Source: an uncultured Bacillota bacterium | Lineage (GTDB): Bacteria > Bacillota_I > Bacilli_A > RFN20 > CAG-288 | Reading direction: 5' to 3' | Length of the DNA stretch: 64,000 nt | NCBI GenBank assembly: GCA_949290645.1 | Contig: CASESG010000007.1 | Coordinates: 8,103 to 72,102 of the forward strand | Shown: in pieces, positions 45,334 to 53,733 of the stretch | How the letters are laid out: each line of letters opens with the position of its first letter | How positions within the stretch are numbered: position 1 is the first letter of the stretch | Notes under the pieces: model-generated | Seen by the model: only the letters and a program-made list of their open reading frames with translations | Told to the model about the DNA's origin: nothing | Databases searched by the model: none | Translations under genes and position numbers: made by a program

Positions 45334-46135
45334 CAGGAAGGATCAGGAGATGACAACCCCGATCTTCGAACAGAAGGAGAAGGAGGAGGAGGTCATCTTC
45401 GAATCGAAGCATCTCAATCTCTTCTATGACGAGAAGCAAGCCCTCAAGGACATCAACATCAGGATCTACAAGAACAAGGTGACGGCCTTCATCGGCCCTT
45501 CGGGCTGTGGCAAGTCGACCTTCCTTCGCTGCTTCGACCGCATGAACGATTTGATCGATGGCTGTCGTGTCGAAGGGGAACTGCTCTATAATGGAGTGGA
45601 TATCCATTCCATCAATCCGATCCTTCTTCGCTCCAAGGTCGGCATGGTCTTCCAGCAACCCAATCCCTTCCCGATGTCGATCAAGGACAACATCACCTAT
45701 GGCCCGCGCTGCCAGGGAATCCGGGACAAGAAGTATCTGCACCAGCTGGTCATCGACTCCCTCAAGGAGAGCGCGCTCTACGATGAGGTCCAGGATCGGT
45801 TGAAGTCCTCAGGCATGGCTCTCTCGGGCGGTCAGCAACAACGTCTTTGCATCGCTCGCTGTGTCGCCATGCGTCCGGATGTCATCCTGATGGATGAGCC
45901 GACCTCGGCCCTCGACCCGATCGCGACGAAGAAGATTGAGGATCTGATCCAGAAGCTGAAAGAAAAGTATACGATCATCATTGTCACACACAACATGCAG
46001 CAGGCGACGAGAGTCAGCGACTACACGGCGTTCTTCATGTTGGGAGAGCTTGTCGAGTTCAGCCGGACGGAGGAGTTCTTCTCCCATCCGAAGGACAAGA
46101 GAAGCAACGACTACATCACGGGTCGTTTCAGTTGA
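45326..46135 (+). CDS. pstB: Phosphate ABC transporter ATP-binding protein
   Basis: Walker [10 protein letters not shown], signature LSGGQQQRL and Walker [12 protein letters not shown]. Confidence 0.95.
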   Translation: MTDRKDQEMTTPIFEQKEKEEEVIFESKHLNLFYDEKQALKDINIRIYKNKVTAFIGPSGCGKSTFLRCFDRMNDLIDGCRVEGELLYNGVDIHSINPILLRSKVGMVFQQPNPFPMSIKDNITYGPRCQGIRDKKYLHQLVIDSLKESALYDEVQDRLKSSGMALSGGQQQRLCIARCVAMRPDVILMDEPTSALDPIATKKIEDLIQKLKEKYTIIIVTHNMQQATRVSDYTAFFMLGELVEFSRTEEFFSHPKDKRSNDYITGRFS

Positions 46136-46154
46136 TCGAAGGAGGAAAGAGAAG

Positions 46155-46808
46155 ATGCAGCTCGAACAGGAAATTCAGAATATCGACAGCAAAGTCTACG
46201 AGATGCTCGATTCGGTCATCGAATCCTGCAAGGTCGCTTTCCATTACTATCTCGACAAGGACAGCGGATATCAGAAGGATCTCTTCATCGACGACGACAA
46301 GATCAATCTCTACGAGAGGGAGATCGAATCTCTCTGCATGCAGATCCTGCTCAGGGAGAAGGTCTATTCGGGAGACCTGAGGGACATCATCGGAAACTTC
46401 CGTCTGGTCGAGGATGTCGAACGCATCGGTGACCAGGCCTATGACATCAAGGAGACGACCGACCTGATCAAGAAAAGAGAAGGAGAGGTTCAGGTCGTCA
46501 AGGGGATGGACGAGATCATCACGGTCGTCCAGAAGATGGTTCAGGACTCCCTTTACTGCTGCGTCAAGATGAACGTCGAGCAGGCGCAGGAGCTCCTCTC
46601 TAGGGACGACTATGTCGACGACAAGTTCTGGAAGATCGTCCAGGAAATCGTCCGTCTCAACAAGGAAGGGAAGATCTCGGCGGAGAACACGGTCTATCAG
46701 ACCATGATCGTCAAGTATCTCGAACGCATCGCCGACCATGCGACCAACATCGCCGAGTGGGTCGTCTTCATGGTCAACGGATTCCACAAGGATCAGGTCA
46801 TCATCTGA
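46155..46808 (+). CDS. phoU: Phosphate signalling regulator PhoU
   Basis: Two PhoU repeats with [10 protein letters not shown] and [13 protein letters not shown]. Start at ATG 46155. Confidence 0.88.
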   Translation: MQLEQEIQNIDSKVYEMLDSVIESCKVAFHYYLDKDSGYQKDLFIDDDKINLYEREIESLCMQILLREKVYSGDLRDIIGNFRLVEDVERIGDQAYDIKETTDLIKKREGEVQVVKGMDEIITVVQKMVQDSLYCCVKMNVEQAQELLSRDDYVDDKFWKIVQEIVRLNKEGKISAENTVYQTMIVKYLERIADHATNIAEWVVFMVNGFHKDQVII

Positions 46809-46825
46809 TTGGAAAGGGGAAAGAG

Positions 46826-47494
46826 ATGACAAACATCATCTACTCGGTCGAGGACGATGCCAACATCGCCAAGATCATCAGCATCGCTTTGGAGAAGCAG
46901 GGCTATGAGGTCCACAGCTTTTTCGATGGGCAGTCCTTCCTGGAAGCCTTTGCCAAACAGAAGCCGGATTTGATCCTTCTCGACCTGATGCTTCCCGATT
47001 GCAGCGGCCTCGATCTTCTGCGCAAGATCCGTGCCAACGAGAAGAACGACGACGTCTCGATCATGATCGTCTCGGCCAAGAACCAGGTCCTCGACAAGGT
47101 CGACGGCCTCGACCTCGGGGCGGACGACTATCTGGAGAAACCTTTCGACATCCTGGAGCTGATCTCGAGGGTCAACGCGAGGCTGAGACGGATCCGCCAG
47201 CTGACCACCATCACGATCGACGGGGTCTCGATCGATTCGGAAAGAAGAGTCTGCACGGTCCTGGGAAAGGAAGTTTCCCTGACCAATGCGGAGTTCACGA
47301 TTCTCTTCGCCCTGATGCGGGCCTCGGACAAGGTCGTCAGCCGGGATCAGTTGCTCAGCATCCTCTGGGGGGATCGGAACGTCTATGAGAGCCGGACGGT
47401 CGATGTCCACGTCAAGGCCTTGCGCGCCAAGCTTCAGGGCCAGGAAAAGCACATCGCCTCGGTCTACGGAATCGGCTACAAATACACGAAATGA
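46826..47494 (+). CDS. OmpR-family response regulator (PhoP/PhoB-like)
   Basis: Receiver domain with DLILLDLMLPD, and winged-helix output domain LTNAEFTILFAL...VDVHVKALRAKL...GIGYKY. Confidence 0.9.
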   Translation: MTNIIYSVEDDANIAKIISIALEKQGYEVHSFFDGQSFLEAFAKQKPDLILLDLMLPDCSGLDLLRKIRANEKNDDVSIMIVSAKNQVLDKVDGLDLGADDYLEKPFDILELISRVNARLRRIRQLTTITIDGVSIDSERRVCTVLGKEVSLTNAEFTILFALMRASDKVVSRDQLLSILWGDRNVYESRTVDVHVKALRAKLQGQEKHIASVYGIGYKYTK

Positions 47495-49191
47495 CAAGGA
47501 AGAGAATCATTATCGAAACCGCTGTCTTCTGCTTGACTCTGTTGATTCTTTTCGTATGCGCATTCCTTTCCTTCTTCTTTACAAGCAGAGACGCCCTTTA
47601 TGAAGAGATCGAAAATGTCGCCTCGGTCTCGGAACGGCTTTTCGATGGCAACGATCTGAGCACGGGAGAAGAGACGATGGATGCCTTCCGCGGCGAGAAG
47701 GACTATCGCATCTCGATCATCCAGAGGGACAAGGAAGGCTATGAGATCCTCTACGATTCGCTGGGGATGACACAATCCAACGAGGAGCCCAAGGAGATCC
47801 TCGGCGGGAATGTCGGTACTTTCGTGACCCGAAAGTCCTCCTATGGCTATCCGATGGTCTATTACGCCATCTCGGACAAGGAGAATCCTCAGTATTACGT
47901 CCGTGTCGCCATCAAGGAGAGCACGGCGACGAAGCTGGCCCGGGATTTCCTTCTCTATGGCCTGACTCTGCTCGTGCTTCTGATGCTTTCCTATATCTTC
48001 TATCGCTGCTGGAACTATGCTCGGATGGTCAAGCCTCTCCAGGATCAGGTCGAGCGTCTGCTCTATGTCGCCCATAGCCCGGAGAGGAAGATCCAGGGCG
48101 ACAACGATGTCGGCTTGATCACGCAGGCGATCGACGATGTCGGAAAGCAGTTGGATCAGAGGATCCAGGACCTGGAGCGGGAGAAGGAGAAGACACAGCT
48201 AATCCTGGACTCCATCAAGCAGGGATTTCTGGCCGTCAGTCAGGAGGGAAGGATCATCCTTCTCAACCGCAAGGCCGCCCTTCTTTTCGGCTATCGGCAG
48301 GAAGAGGCCTTGGGAAAGGATTTCCACATCCTCTCGGCAGGGGAGGAGTTTGCTTCCCTGGTCGAGAAGGGAATCCGGGAAGGGACCGATCAAGGCCATG
48401 TCGACATCATGGTCGAGGGAAGGATCTATCAGTGCGATGTCATGTCTTTGAAGGATTGCTGGTTCGGGGAGACAAGAGGGGGTGTCGCGGTCCTGTTCTT
48501 GGATGTCACCAAGGAGAGAAACCTGGTCAGGATCAAGACGGATTTCTTCGCCAATGCCAGCCATGAGCTGAAGACTCCGCTCACGTCGATCCTGGGCTAT
48601 CAGGAGATGCTCTCGGCCGGCTTTCTGACGACGGACGAGGAGAAGAAGGAAGCGGTCGACATCTCTCTTCGGGAAGCCAAGAAGATGAAGGACCTTCTCA
48701 ACGACATGCTGACCATCTCCCGCCTGGAGAACGGAAAGATGACCGGGGAAGTCGTCGACTTCGATCTCGAGGGTGTTCTTCGCTCCCTGCTTCAGGATGC
48801 CGCTCCCCGGATCAAGGAGAGAGACCTCCAGCTGGAGACGCACCTGGAGAGCTATCCTCTCCATGCCAACGTACAGGAGGTCGAGAAGATCTTCAGCAAT
48901 CTCATCGACAACGCCATCAAGTACAACCACGAAGGAGGAAAGCTTGTCGTCTGCATGAATCGCAAGGCGCACAAGGTGATGGTGACGGACACGGGAATCG
49001 GAATCAAGGAAGAGAACCTATCCCGTATCTTCGAGCGCTTCTATCGGGTGGACAATTCCAAGACGCTTCAGAATGTCGAGGGGACGGGTCTTGGCCTTTC
49101 CATCGTCAAGCACATCTGCCAGAAGTACGGCTATCACGTGGAAGTCCGTTCGGTCTATGGTCAGGGCTCGACCTTCACCGTACATACCTGA
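47491..49191 (+). CDS. Sensor histidine kinase (PhoR-like)
   Basis: Two TM helices, a PAS-like segment, H-box FFANASHELKTPLTSILGY, N-box NLIDNAIKYN and G-boxes DTGIGI/GTGLGLSIV. The start overlaps the regulator stop. Confidence 0.9.
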   Translation: MTRKRIIIETAVFCLTLLILFVCAFLSFFFTSRDALYEEIENVASVSERLFDGNDLSTGEETMDAFRGEKDYRISIIQRDKEGYEILYDSLGMTQSNEEPKEILGGNVGTFVTRKSSYGYPMVYYAISDKENPQYYVRVAIKESTATKLARDFLLYGLTLLVLLMLSYIFYRCWNYARMVKPLQDQVERLLYVAHSPERKIQGDNDVGLITQAIDDVGKQLDQRIQDLEREKEKTQLILDSIKQGFLAVSQEGRIILLNRKAALLFGYRQEEALGKDFHILSAGEEFASLVEKGIREGTDQGHVDIMVEGRIYQCDVMSLKDCWFGETRGGVAVLFLDVTKERNLVRIKTDFFANASHELKTPLTSILGYQEMLSAGFLTTDEEKKEAVDISLREAKKMKDLLNDMLTISRLENGKMTGEVVDFDLEGVLRSLLQDAAPRIKERDLQLETHLESYPLHANVQEVEKIFSNLIDNAIKYNHEGGKLVVCMNRKAHKVMVTDTGIGIKEENLSRIFERFYRVDNSKTLQNVEGTGLGLSIVKHICQKYGYHVEVRSVYGQGSTFTVHT

Positions 49192-49224
49192 TTTCTCTCT
49201 TCGTTTTTGCTAGAATACCTCTAT

Positions 49225-50322
49225 ATGAATCAAGACAAACGCTATCATCCGATCGTTCGTTTCCTTCTCGGGGTCCTGGGAGGTTCCCTCTCTGCCCTGC
49301 CGGGCTTTCAGATGCGGGATTATGAGGAGACTTTCTGCCTCTTGAGGGAGGAGAAAGGAAAGGTCCTTCCTTTCGTCAGGAAGAGGATCCTCTATGTCGT
49401 TGGCTTTGTCCTCGGCTTCCTGCTCTTCTTCTTCGTTCCGGTTCAGATGCTTGCGGAAGGCTATTCCTTTGCCATCACTTGTCTTCTTCTTGCTCTCTTC
49501 CTCTCCTTTGCCATCTATGATGTCTATCGTCTCATCCGGAATCAGGACAGGAAGCATCTTGTTTCCTCCCTTCTTCTCTTCCTTGTCTTCTGTGCCGTTC
49601 CTTTTCTCTTCCACTTCGTGAAGATCGACCTCTCCTCCTTCTCCGATACCATGCTCCTTCTTGTCTTCTTCCTCTTGGCTCTGTTCTCCTCCTTCTTCTC
49701 TTCCTTTGCTGGCATTGCCATGGGCTCTCTCTTTTTTGTGACGGCGACCTATCTTCCTCTTTCGGAGAGGCTCTTCTCGATCGTCCGGGGACACTTCGAC
49801 GGTCAGCTTCTCTTCCTTCTTGCCCTTGTCGTTGGACTTTTCCTTGGCTGGTGTCTTTCTCTTCCTCTGCATCGGTATTCCCTGAAGATGGAAAGACACG
49901 CTTCCAATCTCGGCTTTTCCTTGGCGACGATGGCGACGATCTTCGCCTTTGACTTCCATCCGACTCTGGAGATGGAGGCGACTTCCTCTGTCCCGGCTTC
50001 CTTCTTCATCCTGCTCGCATTGGTTCTCGGTGGCCTTGCTCTCGGCCTGGCTTTCACGGCTCATGGATATAAATCTCTTTCTCCCGAGGAGAACCCCATC
50101 TTCGAAGAGGTGGAAAAGAAGCAGACGACCTTGGAAGAAGCCCGTCATGCCCTGGGCTTGCACTACAAGGATTTGCTCTTGGACGGCCTATTTGTCTCGG
50201 CGATGAAAGTCGATGAGACAAAGGTCTATCACAAGGAAACAATCCCGACTCAGAAGACAGAGAATGTCGGAATCGACCTCGACAAGCTCAAGGCCGTCGA
50301 ACAGGAGATGAAGGAGAGATGA
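49225..50322 (+). CDS. Polytopic membrane protein, unknown function (weak DUF368-like N-terminus)
   Basis: Eight or more hydrophobic segments and a hydrophilic C-terminal tail. No motif that I can assign securely. Confidence 0.55.
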   Translation: MNQDKRYHPIVRFLLGVLGGSLSALPGFQMRDYEETFCLLREEKGKVLPFVRKRILYVVGFVLGFLLFFFVPVQMLAEGYSFAITCLLLALFLSFAIYDVYRLIRNQDRKHLVSSLLLFLVFCAVPFLFHFVKIDLSSFSDTMLLLVFFLLALFSSFFSSFAGIAMGSLFFVTATYLPLSERLFSIVRGHFDGQLLFLLALVVGLFLGWCLSLPLHRYSLKMERHASNLGFSLATMATIFAFDFHPTLEMEATSSVPASFFILLALVLGGLALGLAFTAHGYKSLSPEENPIFEEVEKKQTTLEEARHALGLHYKDLLLDGLFVSAMKVDETKVYHKETIPTQKTENVGIDLDKLKAVEQEMKER

Positions 50323-51038
50323 GGCTGGACCGTTTTCTCTCCCTTCACGGTTTTTCCAGTCGGAAGCAGGCCAAGAAGATCGTCCGGGACGGTCGCATTC
50401 AAATCGATGGGGAAGTCTGTTTCGACTACACCCGTTCGATCGACGGCAACAACAAGGTCTTTTTCGACGGCAAGGAGATCGAGAATCTCCCCTATGCCAC
50501 GCTGATGATGAACAAGCCGGAAGGCTATCAATCTTCGATGATCGACGAGCGCTATCCCTCGGTGATGAATCTGGTTCCGGAGAGCTATCGCAAGAGAGTC
50601 CGCCTGGTGGGAAGGCTCGACAACGACACGACCGGCCTTCTGCTTCTGACGGATAACGGGATTCTCAACAGCCGCTTGGCCAATCCCAAGCACGGGGTTC
50701 CGAAGACCTATGAAGTCTATGTCAATCACATTCTCCATCCCGATCTCATCGAGAAGTGCAAGCAACCCCTGGATATCGGAAGAGGGGACATCGCCCATGT
50801 CGACGAGCTGGAGATCCTGGATGAATCCCATGCGAGGATCACGGTCCACGAAGGGAAGTATCACGAGATCAAGAGGATCTTCGGGAAGTTCAACTACGAT
50901 GTCCTTTCCCTGAAGAGAGTCCGCTTCGGCCCTCTCTCCTTGGGAGAGCTCAAGCTCGGCGAATGTCGTCTGCTCACGGAGGAGGAATACGATTCCTTGT
51001 TGGATCTGGTTCACCTCCAGAAGAAGGATCAGCTGTAA
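50319..51038 (+). CDS. rsuA: 16S rRNA pseudouridine synthase (RsuA/RluB family)
   Basis: S4 domain MRLDRFLSLHGFSSRKQAKKIV and catalytic motif VGRLDNDTTGLLLLTDNG. Confidence 0.88.
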   Translation: MRLDRFLSLHGFSSRKQAKKIVRDGRIQIDGEVCFDYTRSIDGNNKVFFDGKEIENLPYATLMMNKPEGYQSSMIDERYPSVMNLVPESYRKRVRLVGRLDNDTTGLLLLTDNGILNSRLANPKHGVPKTYEVYVNHILHPDLIEKCKQPLDIGRGDIAHVDELEILDESHARITVHEGKYHEIKRIFGKFNYDVLSLKRVRFGPLSLGELKLGECRLLTEEEYDSLLDLVHLQKKDQL

Positions 51039-51040
51039 GC

Positions 51041-51445
51041 ATGAACGACAAGAAAGAAATCCGTTCGATCCGTTATGTCCAAAAGATGGGAAAGACCATC
51101 GACTCCGTCGGGACGATCGTCCTCTCTGCCCTGGAAGACGGGAGCGCGGAGGTTTCCCTGGATTGGGACATGATCAAGAAGAAGAAAAAGCTGTCTCCGG
51201 AGGAGCTCTCCTCCTTTGTCTCCTTTTTGGAAAAGGACTGTCATTTTGCCGATGACCTGCTTTCGCAGAGGGTCTATCAGCAACACGGCCCTTTTGCGAG
51301 TATCGATGAAGAAGCTTATTTCGAGATACTCTACCAGGATTTCACCTATGTCGCCTATGTCTTGTCCGGCTTGAAGCCGGATCCGAACCTGATTCGGGCT
51401 CAGGAGGGATTCCAGAAACTGTTCCAAGAATCGAAATGCGCATAA
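51041..51445 (+). CDS. Hypothetical protein (134 aa)
   Basis: It starts 2 nt after the rsuA stop, has sense-like composition and is followed by a terminator. No family recognised. Confidence 0.5.
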   Translation: MNDKKEIRSIRYVQKMGKTIDSVGTIVLSALEDGSAEVSLDWDMIKKKKKLSPEELSSFVSFLEKDCHFADDLLSQRVYQQHGPFASIDEEAYFEILYQDFTYVAYVLSGLKPDPNLIRAQEGFQKLFQESKCA

Positions 51446-51490
51446 AAAAAGACCCAGTGACACAATTCAACAATTGCGGCTGGGTCTTTT
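51444..51490. terminator. Bidirectional terminator hairpin
   Basis: AAAAAAAGACCCAG ... CTGGGTCTTTT (stem 51450-51457 / 51480-51487) flanked by an A-run and a T-run. The 22-nt loop is large. Confidence 0.6.
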
Positions 51491-51566
51491 CATCCGATGG
51501 ACGAACAGTCTTCGTTGTTAGTAGTGATGATCGTTGCTCCCTTCTGGCAAGTTCGGATTGCCAATT

Positions 51567-52143
51567 TCAACTCGTCCCGACAACGTCCCGACACGTCTCA
51601 GCTCAACTCGTCCCGGCAAAGTCTCGAATCGTCTCGAACCGACATTGTGCAGGATTCTCTGTTGTCCATCGGATGTCGAATCGGCTGCACCTCCTGCTCA
51701 ATCATCTCATCTCGACTTTTCGTCCCTGCTCGAAACGTCTCGTCTCTGCTCTTCCCGACACGTCTCATCTCATCTCGTCTCGACACGTCCCGTCTTGTCG
51801 GTGGCAGTCGCTTTTGCCATGGCGTGATTCCCCCAAGGACTGCCGACGTCCCAATCTCATCTCGTCCTGGAATTGTTCCTTCATGTCCTTTTTTGAGGAG
51901 TTCTTTTTCTTTGTGCCTAAAATCCTTTTCTGTGTCCGGGAGGAAGGATTCATCGTCGGACGTCTCAGCTCCATCCTCGGATGTTCGCACTTCACGCTCC
52001 CATCATCGTGGCAATTTAGCCAACAGGAGGAAGGGAAAGAAAGGAAGTCCGGAGAGGAAGGACAAAGGTCGAATTCTCAGGATTCTTGAGGTGGAAAAAA
52101 CAACTCGTCCCATCTCGTCAATGAAAGGGTTGCGTCTCGTCTC
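51567..52143 (+). repeat. Dense same-strand array of CGTC(C/T)C-core short repeats in a region without a convincing gene
   Basis: By my count CGTCTC occurs 9 times and CGTCCC 7 times, all on the plus strand. Exact longer words recur: TCAACTCGTCCCG at 51567 and 51603 (36 nt apart); TCCCGACACGTCTCA at 51586 and 51753; ATCTCATCTCGTC at 51767 and 51854; CATCTCATCTCG at 51703 and 51766. Confidence 0.8.
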
Positions 52144-52233
52144 GACTATATCATGGCCAATGATATCAACGTTTGATAAAGAAACTCTGCGCCCGAGTTT
52201 ATCGAGGGAAGATTTCCGCTCGCTTAGTTGCGA

Positions 52234-52509
52234 TCAGAAGGTATATTCGTGGCAGAGTTTGTCGAAGCCCTTGACGGCTTCTTCCTCGTCCTCTCCCTCG
52301 CATTCGATGGTGAGAGAGGAACCAGGGGTGATGGGTTCGATGGCGACGAGGGCGAAGACGTTCAAGATTGACTTGAGGTCGCAAGATTCGCCGCTCTCTC
52401 TCTTGAGACGAACGTCGCAGCTGTGATGATTGGCTTCTTCGACGAGTTCGGCGCAAGAACGGGAAGTGAGCCCACCCATGTCGGTGACTTTAATCGTGTA
52501 GGTTATCAT
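52234..52509 (-). CDS. HPr-family protein lacking the His15 phosphorylation site (Crh-like)
   Basis: The 91 aa align to HPr. GGLTSRS replaces G(I/L)HARP, so His15 becomes Thr. Arg17 and the Ser46 context (DLKSILNV) are kept, followed by C-terminal GEDEEEAV. Confidence 0.75.
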   Translation of the reverse strand: MITYTIKVTDMGGLTSRSCAELVEEANHHSCDVRLKRESGESCDLKSILNVFALVAIEPITPGSSLTIECEGEDEEEAVKGFDKLCHEYTF

Positions 52510-52545
52510 TGAAATCTTTTTCTTCTGCCTACATTATAGTGAAGA

Positions 52546-52665
52546 ATGAAAGCGATTGCAACCAATATTCGAAAAGATTTGATGAATGACAAGAAATGTC
52601 CGAAATATTTAGCAAAAAATAGACGTTTTGTCCAATTGGTGGCGTTATTTGCTTGTATCTTCTGA
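52546..52665 (+). CDS. Candidate small protein (39 aa) with basic N-terminus and hydrophobic C-terminal tail
   Basis: My own translation (too short for the track): MKAIATNIRKDLMNDKKCPKYLAKNRRFVQLVALFACIF. It ends 8 nt before a strong terminator. TATAGT at 52535-52540 could make the transcript leaderless or give a very short leader. No clear RBS. Confidence 0.3.
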   Translation: MKAIATNIRKDLMNDKKCPKYLAKNRRFVQLVALFACIF

Positions 52666-52673
52666 AGGCTTTT

Positions 52674-52716
52674 GAAGTTCTTTTCTTCGCAAACGGCTTC
52701 GGAAAAGAACTTTTTT
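52674..52716 (+). terminator. Strong rho-independent terminator upstream of the galU promoter
   Basis: 11-12-bp stem GAAGTTCTTTTC / GAAAAGAACTT(T), 16-nt loop, then a T6 run. It is not a terminator on the minus strand because no U-run follows there. Confidence 0.75.
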
Positions 52717-52830
52717 CCGGCCTGTTTCCTTCGAATGGAGAAAGAAGGAAGGCATTCTTCTCGTCGAAGAAAAAGATCCGACGAGAAAGATGGTATAATT
52801 GACTCAGTATTCGGACGTCAGGAGGTCATC

Positions 52831-53706
52831 ATGAACAAAGTCACGAAGGCGGTCATCCCTGCGGCGGGGCTTGGAACGCGTTTCCTGCCAGCGACGAAGG
52901 CATTGCCGAAAGAGATGCTCCCCATCATCGACACCCCCAATATCCATTACATTGTCAAGGAAGCGGTGGAAGCGGGAATCAAGGATATCTTGATCATCGT
53001 CTCCCATGCCAAGGAGCCGATCGAAGACTATTTCGACGTGAACTACGAGCTCGAAACCCGTCTGAGAGAAGCCGGGAAGGAAAAGCAGGCGGAGGAAATC
53101 CGTGAGATCGCCAACATAGCCAACATCTTCTATGTCCGCCAGAAGGAGCCGAAGGGCTTGGGCAATGCCATCAGCTATGCCCGCTCCTTCGCTTCGGGAG
53201 AGCCGATTGCGGTCTTGCTCGGAGACGACCTGATCGATGATTCGGAAAGGCCAGCCATCGGGGAGTTGATGGAAGCCTATGAGAAGACGGAAGGCACGAT
53301 CCTGGGATGTCGGAAGGTCCCTAGGGAACGGCTCAAGAAATATGGCGTCGTCAAGCCGACGACCAAGGCGGAAGGAAAGGTCTTCGAGGTCAGCGACATG
53401 ATTGAGAAGCCGAAGGATCCTTCCCTTGCCCCGTCGGACATCGCCGTTTTGGGCCGCTATGTCCTGCCGCCGGAAATCTTCGATGTCATCGACCGCACGC
53501 CCAAGGGTGTCGGCGGGGAAATCCAGTTGACGGATGCCATCAAACTCAGCTTGCAGCTTCGGAAATGCTACGCCTGTCTCTTCACGGGACAGAGATATGA
53601 TATCGGAGACAAGTTCGGCTATATCAAGGCGACAATCGACTTCGCTCTGCGCCGGGATGATCTGCGCGAGGATGTCCTGGAATACCTTCGCCATCTCGTC
53701 GACTGA
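52831..53706 (+). CDS. galU: UTP--glucose-1-phosphate uridylyltransferase
   Basis: KAVIPAAGLGTRFLPATKALPKEMLPI and VLLGDDLI. GGAGG RBS, with extended -10 TGgTATAAT at 52791-52799. Confidence 0.93.
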   Translation: MNKVTKAVIPAAGLGTRFLPATKALPKEMLPIIDTPNIHYIVKEAVEAGIKDILIIVSHAKEPIEDYFDVNYELETRLREAGKEKQAEEIREIANIANIFYVRQKEPKGLGNAISYARSFASGEPIAVLLGDDLIDDSERPAIGELMEAYEKTEGTILGCRKVPRERLKKYGVVKPTTKAEGKVFEVSDMIEKPKDPSLAPSDIAVLGRYVLPPEIFDVIDRTPKGVGGEIQLTDAIKLSLQLRKCYACLFTGQRYDIGDKFGYIKATIDFALRRDDLREDVLEYLRHLVD

Positions 53707-53733
53707 GAGAAGAAATCAAAGAGGATTATCACC

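Noticed and set aside
51492-52233. CRISPR array, tRNA, tmRNA or RNase P RNA in the repeat region
   Set aside because: - The repeats are 10-15 nt, degenerate and irregularly spaced, unlike CRISPR repeats.
- GGTTCGAG at about 51636 (minus strand) lacks tRNA arms.
- GGAAGTCCGG at about 52045 does not extend into the RNase P P4 consensus.
- There is no tmRNA tag or CCA-end features.
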